Origin: Savitreella phatthalungensis
Lineage: Eukaryota
Assembly: GCA_051599415.1 (NCBI GenBank)
Contig: AP039712.1
Coordinates: 124,001-188,000 of the forward strand
Reading direction: 5' to 3'
DNA: 64,000 nucleotides
In this document: positions 1 to 10,646 of the stretch, piece after piece
How the letters are laid out: each line of letters opens with the position of its first letter
Numbering within the stretch: the stretch's first letter is position 1
The notes under the pieces: model-generated
What the model saw: only the letters and a program-made list of their open reading frames with translations
The model's database searches: none
What the model was told of the DNA's origin: nothing
Position numbers and translations under genes: made by a program

Positions 1-214
1 ACCACTAGGTAGACTTGATCAAATTCCACTCGGGAGTGGTGGCGACTCGAATTAGCCTGATCTTCAGGGATCGTGCTCGCTCCATCTAAAAGGATTGCGA
101 ACCAATTTCGCAAATGCTGTATATCTGGAGCAAGTGTGAAAATCTCTTCCTACCACGATCATCTCTCAAATTGATGACTCGATCTATGATTCTATCTGAA
201 TCCAGCCAAATGAG

Positions 215-1330
215 GTGACTCATGGATGCGAATTGCCAATGGTTTTCAACATCGCTTCTGTTCTCGCTCAGATAGGATGAGTGAATTGAGGTCTCAGGAT
301 GAAACGCACACATGGTAACTCCTCGAACCCAGAAAAGACCAGACTCCGGCCGGTGGCTCAGCGCAGATCTGTCGAAGCATGGCTCTGCCCTCATAACTAA
401 TCATGGTCAAGCGCTCTGCAGCTCCTCAGAACACCTCGAGAAATTCGTCAAGCTAAACACCGTCAGCTTGGTTGCCATGAGATGCGCGCTCTGACTCAGA
501 TTGATTGTTCTCGCTCATCACGCAGACGATCGATCCAGATAGATTAGCGTCTCGTGATTGATTTTGACCTGGTCGAGCTATGGTAACAATTATCATTCGT
601 GCGTGAGTCAATCTATTTGAATCATTCTGAGAAAAGTCAGTCATTTCTACCTTTGTCGCCCCTCCCTGCGCTTCAAAACTACAAATCTGCCGCAGGTGTA
701 ATGGTACTCGGCCAAACATGAGAACGAGAACAGGGCAGTAAAGAGAAACACAGAGGATTTCGGCTTCGACGGAAATCATCACCACCACCACCACCACCAC
801 CATCATATCCAACAATCCAACAATCCACCACCACAATCCACAATCCACAGCCCATACTCCCCAAGATCCTTCCTGCCTGGTACCTTCCGCTCGCTCCTAC
901 GACAGCGAGTCATTCAATCCTCCGACTCATCCTGCGACTCATCCTGCGAGTCATCCCATTCTCTGACGCACATTACGCAACCATCTGACTGAAAAGATTT
1001 CATCGACGCGCGTCCGAGCTGAAGGCGCTCTGACTCACGTCGAATCACTACAGAAAACAGGAAGACAGTGCGCAAGAGACTAGAGGAAACCCTTTCTCGA
1101 ACGAGTCATATCAAGTCATCTACAAAAATTCCAGCAATAACTGGATTTGCGTAGCGACGACTTGACTCGATCTTCCTTGTCTTACCCTTCCTCTTCCACT
1201 CCATCTCTCTCTGAGTCTTAGTTGCGCTGCACTTGTTTGCACTGCGCTGCATTGTACTGTACTGCGCATCGCTCGCTCAATTGTCTTTCTGACGTGTGCG
1301 CGCGCTTGACTTTGCAGAGACCAAGAGTCA
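215..1330. promoter_or_regulatory. Cluster of Gcn4/CpcA/AP-1-type elements upstream of the cyclin gene
   Basis: TGACTCA at 216-222, 492-498 and 1031-1037; TGAGTCA at 604-610; four CGA(C/G)TCAT variants in 906-954 and one at ~1102; GAGTCA at 1325. TATAAG at 1411. Confidence 0.6.
779..850. repeat. (CCA)n microsatellite followed by CAATCCA repeats
   Basis: Read directly: accaccaccaccaccaccac...caatccaacaatccaccaccacaatccacaatccac. Confidence 0.9.
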
Positions 1331-1559
1331 GATTTCTGAGGTGATTCTCGTCAAGAGTAGTCTAGTCCTGACAAACATACTGGACTAGTTCTTCACACAG
1401 AGTCCCTTCTTATAAGAGCTTCGGTGTCCTCACACTACCCTTCGGCACTTTTCAGCCGGTCCTTGATTGGTCCTGGCCAACCTCTTTCTACATTTCTACC
1501 GGTCAAAACTCTCGACCGTCCTTCACCCGAAACCTGACAGCACATCGATTCTACCCAGC

Positions 1560-1649
1560 ATGGCTACGCCATCGCTCCCGATCCCAGTACTTTCAAACGT
1601 CGTCGTCGTCGCAGCAGCAGCAACAAGAAGCGTCGCAGAGCGCCTCTAA
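1560..1649 (+). promoter_or_regulatory. Upstream ORF (29 aa, MATPSLPIPVLSNVVVVAAAATRSVAERL) in the cyclin leader
   Basis: ATG in strong context (agcATGG) between the TATA at 1411 and the main ATG at 1842; stops at 1649. Confidence 0.5.
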
Positions 1650-1841
1650 GCATCGGACCTGAACCCATTCGATACCCATCTCAAGTCTCCATCGTAAGAT
1701 AGCAGGCGCACAGCGCAAGCCATTGACGATTCCTCAATTGCTCGACACGACAACATCTTCTCGCCGTCTCTACACAATCTTTCTGGTTAACTCTTTATCG
1801 CCTCTTTGAAAATCCCTCCACAAACCAAAATCACTGAATCA

Positions 1842-3143
1842 ATGGCCAGCTTTAGAGCGAAAAGCTGTTGCTATCCTAGCCCAAATGCCGCACTTCTGGC
1901 CGCTTCTGCAGTAGCGCCCACATCGGTCACTGCACTCGCACCGCCAGTGCCATCACTCCGCCGCGAGGCGTCCCAAAACTACACCTACGTCGACGGACTC
2001 GTCGATGCCGCCGTCCTGATTGTGCGTTGCCTCTGGGGCAAGCACGAGACCCGCCAAGGCAACCACATGTGCGACGCCGCACGGTCTAGCGAGATCCTCA
2101 GACACTTCATCACCGAGACTTCGCGCAAGTCGAAGACTTCGCTCAGCACGATGCAGCTCGCGCTCATGTACTGTATTAAGCTGCGCCGGAAGCAAGACAT
2201 CGCTTTTGCATCCATAGGCCAAACGCCTGGATCCACCTGCGGTCGTAAGAATTTCTTGGTCAGCCTGATCCTCGCATCAAAATACCTGCAGGACCGCAAC
2301 TTCAGCAATCGTGCGTGGTCGCGAATCTCCTTGCTGGACGTGCGCGACATCAATCTTCTCGAGCGCGATTTCCTCTCACTCGTCGACTGGAACCTCAACA
2401 TCGCCTGCGACAAGTTCCGCCGATGGACTGATGTCGTCAATGCCTTCACCGTCGAGCTGCGCGAAGCCACCATGTTTGGCAGTCTCGAGGCGTGCTACGA
2501 CCGCCTCAAGATGCTGGTCGAGAAGTGCGTAGCCATCACGGAGCCACAGATCGAGGCATCCATGGCCGTCAAGCGTCTGGACCAGCGTACCGCTGTCGAG
2601 GTCCTCGAGGAAATCGACACTGCACTGCTCACGCCTGCTGCCACGCCCAAGGAGACCAGCCCTCAGGAATCGGTCCTCGATGTGGACGCCAGTGCGCCTG
2701 CAGAAAGCAAGACCACAGATGTTGCCGCCACTGCTGCAGCTGAGCCTGCTTCACCATCGTCGCTCTTTGACGAGTTCATCAAGGCAACACCGCTCGTTCA
2801 GACGGACGATGCAGCTTGCTCGTTCTCATACTTGACGCCGGCATCACTCCGTACTGAAACACCGCGCACGGACGACTCCGCGGCTGCGTCGCCAAACGAC
2901 GCGCTTCGTCAGTCCTCCTTCACCTCGGCCATGTCGCTCGACCTGATGCTCTGCACTGCACCAGGATCAAGAAAGCGCGGTCACTCCTCCTCAGCGTCGC
3001 CTTCGTCGTCATCGTCCTCTTCTTTTGATTCGGTGCCGTCGACGCCGACCCTTGCCACCACCACCACAAACCTTCACGTTTATGACCCTGAGATTGCACA
3101 TTCCATGCACGAGCTGCCGCCTTGCAAGAGGCAGCGCTTGTAG
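1842..3143 (+). CDS. Pho85-family (PCL/Pho80-type; Pcl5/Clg1/Pas1-like) cyclin
   Basis: Cyclin box FITETSRKSKTSLSTMQLALMY...CGRKNFLVSLILASKYLQDRNFSNRAWSRIS...INLLERDFLSLVDWNL; PEST-rich tail; first ATG at 1842. Confidence 0.9.
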   Translation: MASFRAKSCCYPSPNAALLAASAVAPTSVTALAPPVPSLRREASQNYTYVDGLVDAAVLIVRCLWGKHETRQGNHMCDAARSSEILRHFITETSRKSKTSLSTMQLALMYCIKLRRKQDIAFASIGQTPGSTCGRKNFLVSLILASKYLQDRNFSNRAWSRISLLDVRDINLLERDFLSLVDWNLNIACDKFRRWTDVVNAFTVELREATMFGSLEACYDRLKMLVEKCVAITEPQIEASMAVKRLDQRTAVEVLEEIDTALLTPAATPKETSPQESVLDVDASAPAESKTTDVAATAAAEPASPSSLFDEFIKATPLVQTDDAACSFSYLTPASLRTETPRTDDSAAASPNDALRQSSFTSAMSLDLMLCTAPGSRKRGHSSSASPSSSSSSSFDSVPSTPTLATTTTNLHVYDPEIAHSMHELPPCKRQRL

Positions 3144-3874
3144 ACTTATGGGAATCAGCACACTCTCTCGCGGGGAAGAACTCAACATTCAACCTCGTGT
3201 GCTCTGTCAGGCTGACATGCTGGACCTCGGATGACAATTGAGGTCTCTGCAGCAGGCTCGCAGGCGACGTCACCAAAGAAATAAGTAACGGAAGATTGTG
3301 TCGTTGTCCAATCCCCTGGCCTCCACCGAAGACGCTGTTGCTGATCATCGTGTCGTTCGATCGATGTATCAAAGACGAGCGTGCGCTTCACTATGGAAGA
3401 TCGAGTTGGATAACTATGACGCATCTCTGTTGGTTTTTATCTGAATGACGCATGTAGTTCAAGAAAATGTCATGTCATTGTATCCATTCACCCTCGCCAA
3501 ACATATTTAGTTTGTGTCTGTGCCGGTTTCTTGTGTCTGAGGAAGTGCAATGTGGGTATATGAGTGTCAAGGACATGTTTAATGTACACCGTGTCCTTGA
3601 CGTTCGCTCGCTCGCTCACTCGGGAAATATTTTAGCTCCGACTTGAGTTATTGATTGGTTGAATAAATCTGAATCATCGATGCACGATCGATGGTGCGAC
3701 TTTCCTAATTCAGTAACTGACATCACCACCTGTACCAGGGCGACACAAAACCCTCACATCTTCAAAGCCTGCCTATTCACAGTACCAGCAAGCAGCCCTT
3801 TTGCCTCGCTGAAGGAGTCACAAGTCATTCTCCAGGTCTAGTCTTCCAGTGATTGGTCACATTGCTCAGGGAGG

Positions 3875-6800
3875 ATGGTACATCCAACGCTCGACACTCC
3901 CGAAGAGCGAGAGCAAGACCCTCTTGAGCGTCTTCTGGCATGGCATCGTGAGAGTCCAGACGCAGCTGCACTCGAAATCGGCAAACAAATCTACTCCATC
4001 GAACACGTTCTTCAACGAGTGTCTGCCATCTCCACACTCATCAACGAGAGCTGGCCCGAGGCATCTCGTGCGGAAGGTCGAGAAGATCGTCAATCTCGCG
4101 GTCTGGACGCCGATGTCGTGGGACTCTGGATGGATCTCGAGCAGGATCTGTACACTGGCTTCTTCGCCTGCTGGGCGGCAGGATGTACGCCGACGGTGCT
4201 CAACCTTGCTTGGCCATCAGACGTGCTCGAAGCTGTAGTGAAGAGACTCGGTATCTCCATCGTCCTCCATAACGCCAGGACTCCACCAGACGTCGACGGT
4301 CTCCGGGCGGTCTCGACAAGCTCTGTCAAGGATGCGAGGATTGATATACTCCAGGGATTACAGCTACCCAAGATCGCCCTTGTCAACCAGAGCAGCGGAT
4401 CAACAGGCACACCAAAGTCGATCCCAGCCGCCACGGTCGTCTACAAGAAGTACTGTCCAGGTTCTGCACGTGCGCTACCGAACGGCACTCGTACTGCCTA
4501 TGTCGCCGCTCCCAGCTTCTCAAACACGACAGCCGGACTCATGGTCGCTGGATATTGCCGCAATACCGTGCTCTACCCTGCCGTTGGCCCAGAAAAGGCA
4601 GACGCGGCGGAAGTGGCAGCCAATGTGCGTGCTCATCTGCAGAATGGAGCAACACAGCTCTCATTCACATCATCGATATTCGGTCTCGCGACTGCGGGCG
4701 ATCTTCCGGCGTATGATGCAGTTCGGAACGTCTACTTCGGAGGCGAGATCACTCCAGTTTCCACGGTTCAGCGTGCTCGCCAGCTTTTCCCAAACGCCAG
4801 CATCACCGTCGGCTACGGCTCCACCGAAGCCCTCCGTGCAGGATTCTCATTCACCCTGCAGGCCAACGAGTCTGCAGACGGCCTCGAAACCATCGAATAC
4901 ACGCCAAATTCCGTTGTCGAAGAGCTCGTTCTCCTTGACGATGCAGGTGAGCCTGTGGAGCTCAAGGCAGGAGCCAAGGGAACCATCTGCGTCGTCACAC
5001 GCGGCGCAGCTGAGCCGTACGTTCGCGATCAAAAAGACGTGCCCGTGGCAGCGACCGCAGACACGTTCAGAGAGACTTCGTCTGGGGAGTGTCTGATCAA
5101 CTTTGGAGACGTCGGCGAGCTGGTCGGTGATGGTAAGCGTCTAAAGGTGTCTGGTCGATCAGGCCGTCGGATCAAGCTGAATGGCGTCTTTGTCGACCTT
5201 GCCCAGCTTGACCATCTGATCAGCACCTCTCTGCCAACCACGCTCGTCAAAGATGCACACACCGAACAAGTCGGCAATGCCATCATCCTCGTCTACGTCT
5301 CAGACACGCAAGACGACGACCTCGTCAGAAACAGAGTCAATGCCCTTCTCTCCCGGCATCAAGTCAAAGTCCCAGTCGCTCACGCAGTCTACCTCGCAGC
5401 GACCCCAATCGCCGTCTCAGGCAAGAAGGACCTCAAGGTTCTCCAAAAGGTAGCACAAGAGGGTGTCAAGCGCAAGCTCGCAGCTCTCCCATCCGTGCCA
5501 GAGGCCGACCCCGTGGCAAATTTCGTGTCGTCGCGAGCGGCAGAGCTTGTCAAGACGCCCGAGCTCGCAGGAAAGGAGTTTCTATTCGTCGAAGCCGGAC
5601 TTGACTCCATCTCTGCCGTTCACCTCTTGCGGGCTGTCGAGCGTGAGTTTGGTGTATCCCTGTCGCCTGCACAGGTGATCGATCCTGAAGCTTCTCCATC
5701 GTCGATCTCCACCTTCATCGCAGAGTCTCGAGAGAATGCAGCAAAGTCGCCACAGGAGAGAGGCGCTGCAATTCGAGATCGACTCAGACACGATATCGCA
5801 GTCCTTGACGACAAGATCGCCAAAGCCATCGATCCAGATCTCATCCGGAATGAGAGCGCACGTAGGCTGACAGTCTTCCTCACAGGCGCGTCCGGCTTTG
5901 CAGGAGCCTTCATCGCCCATGCCCTTCTCACCTACGACGGCTGGCGACCGGGCTGTAACCTGATTGTCCATGTCCGCGCAGGTTCTGCTGCGCTCGGGAA
6001 GCGCAGGGTGGTTGAGCAACTGCGCCGATGCGGCCTGTGGGAGCCTGAGTTCGAGGCGAGAATCGAGTGTGTCCCTGGTGATTTGGACGAGCCTCGCTTA
6101 GGTCTTTCGGACGCTGACCACCGTGAAGTCTGCCACCGCGCAGACGTCGTCGTTCACAACGCAGCCCGCGTTCACTGGCTACAACCATACTCCCAACTCA
6201 AACCCGCAAACGCAGACGCCACTGCCGATATCCTCATTCTTGCAGCCACCACCAGACTCAAGCGCGTCATCTTCATCTCCGGCGGTTCACAAACCCTCCT
6301 AGACGCCGCAGAAGCATCCAACGACTACACAGCATTCGCGACCGCCAACGGCTACTCACACGCCAAGTATGTCGCAGAGCAGCTCACCCTGCGGGCCTAC
6401 CACAGAGGCATCCCAGCATACATCGTCAGGCCAGGATTCATCCTAGGATCCGCCGCCACAGGTGTCTCCAACACAGACGACTTTGTCTGGCGGCTTCTCA
6501 AGACCTCCATCGAGATCGGTGCTCAGAAGACCAACAAAGAGCAGGTATCACCACTCAACGCGGTCTTTGTCGATGACTTTGCCAAGCAAGTCGTCCTCCT
6601 TGCAGCCGGCGCTCGCACCATCTCCAGTGCAACCCCGACCACCGGTGGAGATCTCCCCAATACGGGCGCCGTCACGGCTGGCGCAGGATCTCTCGACGCC
6701 AGACCAGCAGAGGAGCGAGGTGCGCCGCTCTACCGCATCTGGAGAGACCTCCATTTCACCACCCTATTCGAAGCTGCAAGCGCCGTGGGCTTCGACCTCA

Positions 6801-7675
6801 CATACCTCGACGCCGAAGCCTGGGTCTCCGCTCTCAAGAACTCCCTCGAGAAGCACGCGTCCAAACCCGACTCGCAAGGTCCAAAGGACGCGCCGCCGCA
6901 AGCACACGGCGACGAGATTGCCCACCGCTCAGATGATGTCAAAGGCTCCTCATCCGGCTACGACCAGCAGATCAAATCATCAGCGACGGCTCGAAACATC
7001 GATCCTGTCGGTGAAGCCGCTCGACTGAACAAGCCAATCCCAGCGGCCGCATCCGCGTCGTCTGCAAATCTGATCACTCGAGGCACAGGATCGTCCAACG
7101 CCGATGGTCACCCTCTCGCGCCAGTCGCACACACCCTCCTCGGCTCCTCCACCGATGGCAGAGTTGGCATTGCCAAGTACACCATCCCGCGCCCTACCGA
7201 CTTAGACGACCGCCTCGACACGACACCCTTCTCATCCCCGGGTCGCCTAGGTGGGGTTCACGCCACTGACGACCCCGATCGCCTGCCGAAAGCATTCCTC
7301 CACGGTGGCGAATCCACCCTCACGTCCGCGAACCCGCATGACGACAAACCTTCCATCGACAGCGATATCGACGTCGGTCTAAAACACTGCGTCTCCTACC
7401 TCGTCAGGAACGCATACCTGCCGACCCCTCCGAAGGGTCAAGCACTACTCGCTCCAGCCGTCTCCGCACAGCCGCCCTTCCACACCTATCCGTCACCGAG
7501 AACCGCACTCGACGGCACCGATCCAGGACCGATCCAGAGGGACGCCTTCATCCTCTCCTCCCAGACTCGCAAGGTCAAGCAGGAGATCGAGCGTCCTGAC
7601 AACGCCGACACTGGCATCGTTGAAAGCGGTGGCACCTTGGAGGGCATGCGAATCACGCGATCTGGCGAAGCATAG
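3875..7675 (+). CDS. NRPS-like A-T-R protein (carboxylic acid reductase type), 1266 aa
   Basis: A domain SSGSTGTPK, GYGSTE, FGDVG, GRSGRRIKLNG, SGKKD; T domain AGLDSI; R domain VFLTGASGFAG, VVHNAARVHW, GYSHAKYVAE, IVRPGFI. Confidence 0.92.
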   Translation: MVHPTLDTPEEREQDPLERLLAWHRESPDAAALEIGKQIYSIEHVLQRVSAISTLINESWPEASRAEGREDRQSRGLDADVVGLWMDLEQDLYTGFFACWAAGCTPTVLNLAWPSDVLEAVVKRLGISIVLHNARTPPDVDGLRAVSTSSVKDARIDILQGLQLPKIALVNQSSGSTGTPKSIPAATVVYKKYCPGSARALPNGTRTAYVAAPSFSNTTAGLMVAGYCRNTVLYPAVGPEKADAAEVAANVRAHLQNGATQLSFTSSIFGLATAGDLPAYDAVRNVYFGGEITPVSTVQRARQLFPNASITVGYGSTEALRAGFSFTLQANESADGLETIEYTPNSVVEELVLLDDAGEPVELKAGAKGTICVVTRGAAEPYVRDQKDVPVAATADTFRETSSGECLINFGDVGELVGDGKRLKVSGRSGRRIKLNGVFVDLAQLDHLISTSLPTTLVKDAHTEQVGNAIILVYVSDTQDDDLVRNRVNALLSRHQVKVPVAHAVYLAATPIAVSGKKDLKVLQKVAQEGVKRKLAALPSVPEADPVANFVSSRAAELVKTPELAGKEFLFVEAGLDSISAVHLLRAVEREFGVSLSPAQVIDPEASPSSISTFIAESRENAAKSPQERGAAIRDRLRHDIAVLDDKIAKAIDPDLIRNESARRLTVFLTGASGFAGAFIAHALLTYDGWRPGCNLIVHVRAGSAALGKRRVVEQLRRCGLWEPEFEARIECVPGDLDEPRLGLSDADHREVCHRADVVVHNAARVHWLQPYSQLKPANADATADILILAATTRLKRVIFISGGSQTLLDAAEASNDYTAFATANGYSHAKYVAEQLTLRAYHRGIPAYIVRPGFILGSAATGVSNTDDFVWRLLKTSIEIGAQKTNKEQVSPLNAVFVDDFAKQVVLLAAGARTISSATPTTGGDLPNTGAVTAGAGSLDARPAEERGAPLYRIWRDLHFTTLFEAASAVGFDLTYLDAEAWVSALKNSLEKHASKPDSQGPKDAPPQAHGDEIAHRSDDVKGSSSGYDQQIKSSATARNIDPVGEAARLNKPIPAAASASSANLITRGTGSSNADGHPLAPVAHTLLGSSTDGRVGIAKYTIPRPTDLDDRLDTTPFSSPGRLGGVHATDDPDRLPKAFLHGGESTLTSANPHDDKPSIDSDIDVGLKHCVSYLVRNAYLPTPPKGQALLAPAVSAQPPFHTYPSPRTALDGTDPGPIQRDAFILSSQTRKVKQEIERPDNADTGIVESGGTLEGMRITRSGEA

Positions 7676-7694
7676 ATAGACATTCATTTCTAGA

Positions 7695-10169
7695 CTATAA
7701 GCGACCGATTCGCTCTGCCAGGTGGACGCGATTGTGATGCGCAGCGACCTTGAGTGCGGCGTCTAGGATCGTCGATGGTGAGAGGTCGTTGGCGTGAGCG
7801 TTTGCGAGGGCGGTGGCGAGTGCGAGTGCTCGAGCGTCGTCGGCCTTGCGGCATGCCATGTTGAGCAACTTGAGCAACAACGTATCTGCAGCCACGCGCA
7901 ATTCCGACACTCGGTCCTCCACCACATCGTCCTCCTCCGCCGACAGCAGCGACCCGTACATCTCCGACGTCACAAGCGCCACCGACAGTGCAGGCTCCGT
8001 GTTGGGCACCTCCACGGGCTTGCCCGTCCCGTGCTCGAACGGTTTGTCGTCCGGGGATGTGAGTGGGAGGATTGGGATGTGGAGGTCGAAATCTGAGGTG
8101 ATGGGTCTTGGGAAGGACGGGTGTCGCTCTGCTCCCTTGAGGATGACGCAGACGAAGCGTGACTCGTCCGTGACGCCGACCGGCCAGTACGATTCGTCCC
8201 TGCCTGTACGGCGGGTGAGGGTGGTGGTGTCGAGCACGGGTACCCACTGCGGGAGCCCGGAAGCCTGCAGGCCGCTCAGCACTGACAGCAGGCCTGCGTC
8301 CGAGTACACGTACGCCTGGCCATCGTCACCAAAGAAGCACGACCTCAGCGCTCCCAGGCACCCAGGCAGCACCCCCTCGCACACCGGAACAGGCACAGAC
8401 GGCGTGCCGTCACGCACCTTGTAAACAACGTACGACAGCACCGGCACCCCATCGCTCGACACCCCACAGTTCCCAATCGACATCACACACTCGTCACGCC
8501 CAATCAGGCACACAACGTCCAGCGACCGAGCGTGCACCATCGATTTCGCCACTCCACCAGCTCGATCGAAACCCCGAATGTAGCCGTTCGTGGACGCGAC
8601 GATGGCGGCAGTGCGTGTGAGTGCGATGGCCGCCACCTCTTCGACCACAGGGAGTGTGATGGACCAGGTGGCGTTGGCAGTCCAGGCGTTGTGTGGTCGA
8701 TAGTGGAGTTGGACTGGTTGCTTAATGCCTTCGCGCGTGCGGACGGGTGAGGCGAAAAGTGCGCCTTCGTCGTCCAAGGCGGCAAACTCGAATTTAGAGG
8801 CGTCAGTGAAATGGTACTGCCTGTGGCGGTCGCGGTCGTGGAACTCGACAGTGACGACGTAGTGGGAGTCCTGGTCGACACTCCAGATCCACCCGACAGA
8901 GTTCAGCGTCAGGTACCGCCGATTCTGTCGCCATGGCGTCGAACCAGGCGCCACCGGTGGGTGGACAATCGAGGTGAAGGCAGGGTTCTCGACACGGCGG
9001 CGTTTCGATGGAGGTGCATCCTCGACAGCGTCACGCTCACCAAAGTTCGGGACGTACCCAGCGCCATCGTCATCCTCAATCCAGTCTGCGCCAGCGTCCT
9101 CCAGGTCTTCGAGAAGGGACTCGCGTGCGCGCGAGCGAGAGTCCTTTGCAGCGGTTCCGGCACCGCTAGTAGCAGCCACCGGCGTTGCGTCAGCCAGGAG
9201 GCCGCGGATTGGTCTTGTGGCAGGGGATGGGAGGTCCTGCGGGATGACCTCCTCTGCCGTGACAAGTTCGCCTGCGGCTGTCGTCCACGACAGGACGTTC
9301 CGAGTGGGATGCCAGAGCAGCTGCTGCGGCGTGTGCTGTGTCTTTATGCGGTGAATCACAGCGCGCGTGGACGCGTGCCAGATAACGACCGCGTCGTCCT
9401 GTCCTGCCGTCGCCAAGTACGCTCCGTTCGGAGACCAGGCAAAGTCAGTGATCGGCTTCGTGTGGCCATCACCAGCAGACTTGAACACCAGCTGACGCCG
9501 CCACTCAGACCGATCGTACACAGCTACCTCGTTCTCGATCGTCGAGACACCAAAAGACTGACCGTCCGGGTGCCAAACACATTTAGAGGCTATATCACTC
9601 TCGAGGTCTGCACTCGGTCGCGTGAGTGACTGAAGGGACTCGAGCAGTGTCGGCTCCTGTGTCGAGAGGGAGTAGATCTTGACGTTGCCTGCGGCGTCTG
9701 TGAGTGCGAGAAGATTGCCCGATGGGTGGAAAGACACGTGTCGGACGCTTCTGTCTGCGCTGACGAGCATCACGTTCATCATGTCGTCGACCTGGACGAC
9801 CTTGACGCGGGTCTCGTCAGAGGCGATTGCGAGCAAGCTACCATCTGGCGAGAAGGCGATGTGACGCATCGGAAGCGTGGTCCGGCATAGTTTTGAGGAC
9901 TCTTGACCAAGGACTTCATCGAACAGTGAGACCGAGCCGTCTTCAGAGCATGTCGCTAGGCGGTCGTTCGTGCAGGCGATCGAGGAGACAGCATCGTCAT
10001 GAAGTGGATCGATCGCGAGAGGCTCGTCTGTAGAAGCGAGGTGGAATCTCCTGACTACTCGATCGCTCCCTGTGGTGAAGACATACTGCCCGTCACGGGA
10101 ATAGCAGGCGCGCGTCCTGCCTGGCCTGTGTGGGCTGACCCTGGACAGCTGGGGTTCCTGGTGCGGCAT
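7695..10169 (-). CDS. CTF4: WD40 replisome hub Ctf4/Mcl1/SepB
   Basis: N-terminal WD40 repeats, acidic linker, Mcl1-type PGSTPW..RRYL.LN.VG.IW, QWVPVLD and YWPV motifs, helical C-terminus. MCB ACGCGT at 10283-10288 upstream. Confidence 0.92.
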   Translation of the reverse strand: MPHQEPQLSRVSPHRPGRTRACYSRDGQYVFTTGSDRVVRRFHLASTDEPLAIDPLHDDAVSSIACTNDRLATCSEDGSVSLFDEVLGQESSKLCRTTLPMRHIAFSPDGSLLAIASDETRVKVVQVDDMMNVMLVSADRSVRHVSFHPSGNLLALTDAAGNVKIYSLSTQEPTLLESLQSLTRPSADLESDIASKCVWHPDGQSFGVSTIENEVAVYDRSEWRRQLVFKSAGDGHTKPITDFAWSPNGAYLATAGQDDAVVIWHASTRAVIHRIKTQHTPQQLLWHPTRNVLSWTTAAGELVTAEEVIPQDLPSPATRPIRGLLADATPVAATSGAGTAAKDSRSRARESLLEDLEDAGADWIEDDDGAGYVPNFGERDAVEDAPPSKRRRVENPAFTSIVHPPVAPGSTPWRQNRRYLTLNSVGWIWSVDQDSHYVVTVEFHDRDRHRQYHFTDASKFEFAALDDEGALFASPVRTREGIKQPVQLHYRPHNAWTANATWSITLPVVEEVAAIALTRTAAIVASTNGYIRGFDRAGGVAKSMVHARSLDVVCLIGRDECVMSIGNCGVSSDGVPVLSYVVYKVRDGTPSVPVPVCEGVLPGCLGALRSCFFGDDGQAYVYSDAGLLSVLSGLQASGLPQWVPVLDTTTLTRRTGRDESYWPVGVTDESRFVCVILKGAERHPSFPRPITSDFDLHIPILPLTSPDDKPFEHGTGKPVEVPNTEPALSVALVTSEMYGSLLSAEEDDVVEDRVSELRVAADTLLLKLLNMACRKADDARALALATALANAHANDLSPSTILDAALKVAAHHNRVHLAERIGRL

Positions 10170-10646
10170 GCGGTCGACCCTTCAGACACGTACAAAACCC
10201 TTCGAATACAAATCAGAAGAAAGGTGAAGAACAGTGTAATTCTTGAGGTTAGGAGGTGTAGCGATAGACCTGTCACGGATGGACGCGTCTTTAGAAGGTC
10301 GTACATGCATTTGAAGCTGCAATCAAGGTCAACGGAGAAAGATTCGCGCTTGCACGTGATTAGTGTGAGAGTCCAGCCAGAAAAGTAAATAAATGGCAAC
10401 CACTCAAATTGTGGCTAAGTTCATGCAAGTTCACCCGTGGGCACGTGTATATCCTCCGACGACGTCACTAGCAACACGTGATATGGATTCACCTCGCACA
10501 CAGTCTACGTATATGCTGTACTACACATAATATTCTCATATAGACTCTCATACGCCTCTTCGGCTTGCTGATAGCGATCCTCGGCCCCGAAGCATTTCAA
10601 CATCTGCTGACCTCAGCCGGCTGGCTAGTTCTCGTGGCGATTGGGG

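Noticed and set aside
3125..3143. PTS1-like C-termini (QRL on the cyclin, GRL on Ctf4, PRL on the LPMO)
   Set aside because: These are nuclear or secreted proteins; KRQRL reads better as an NLS.
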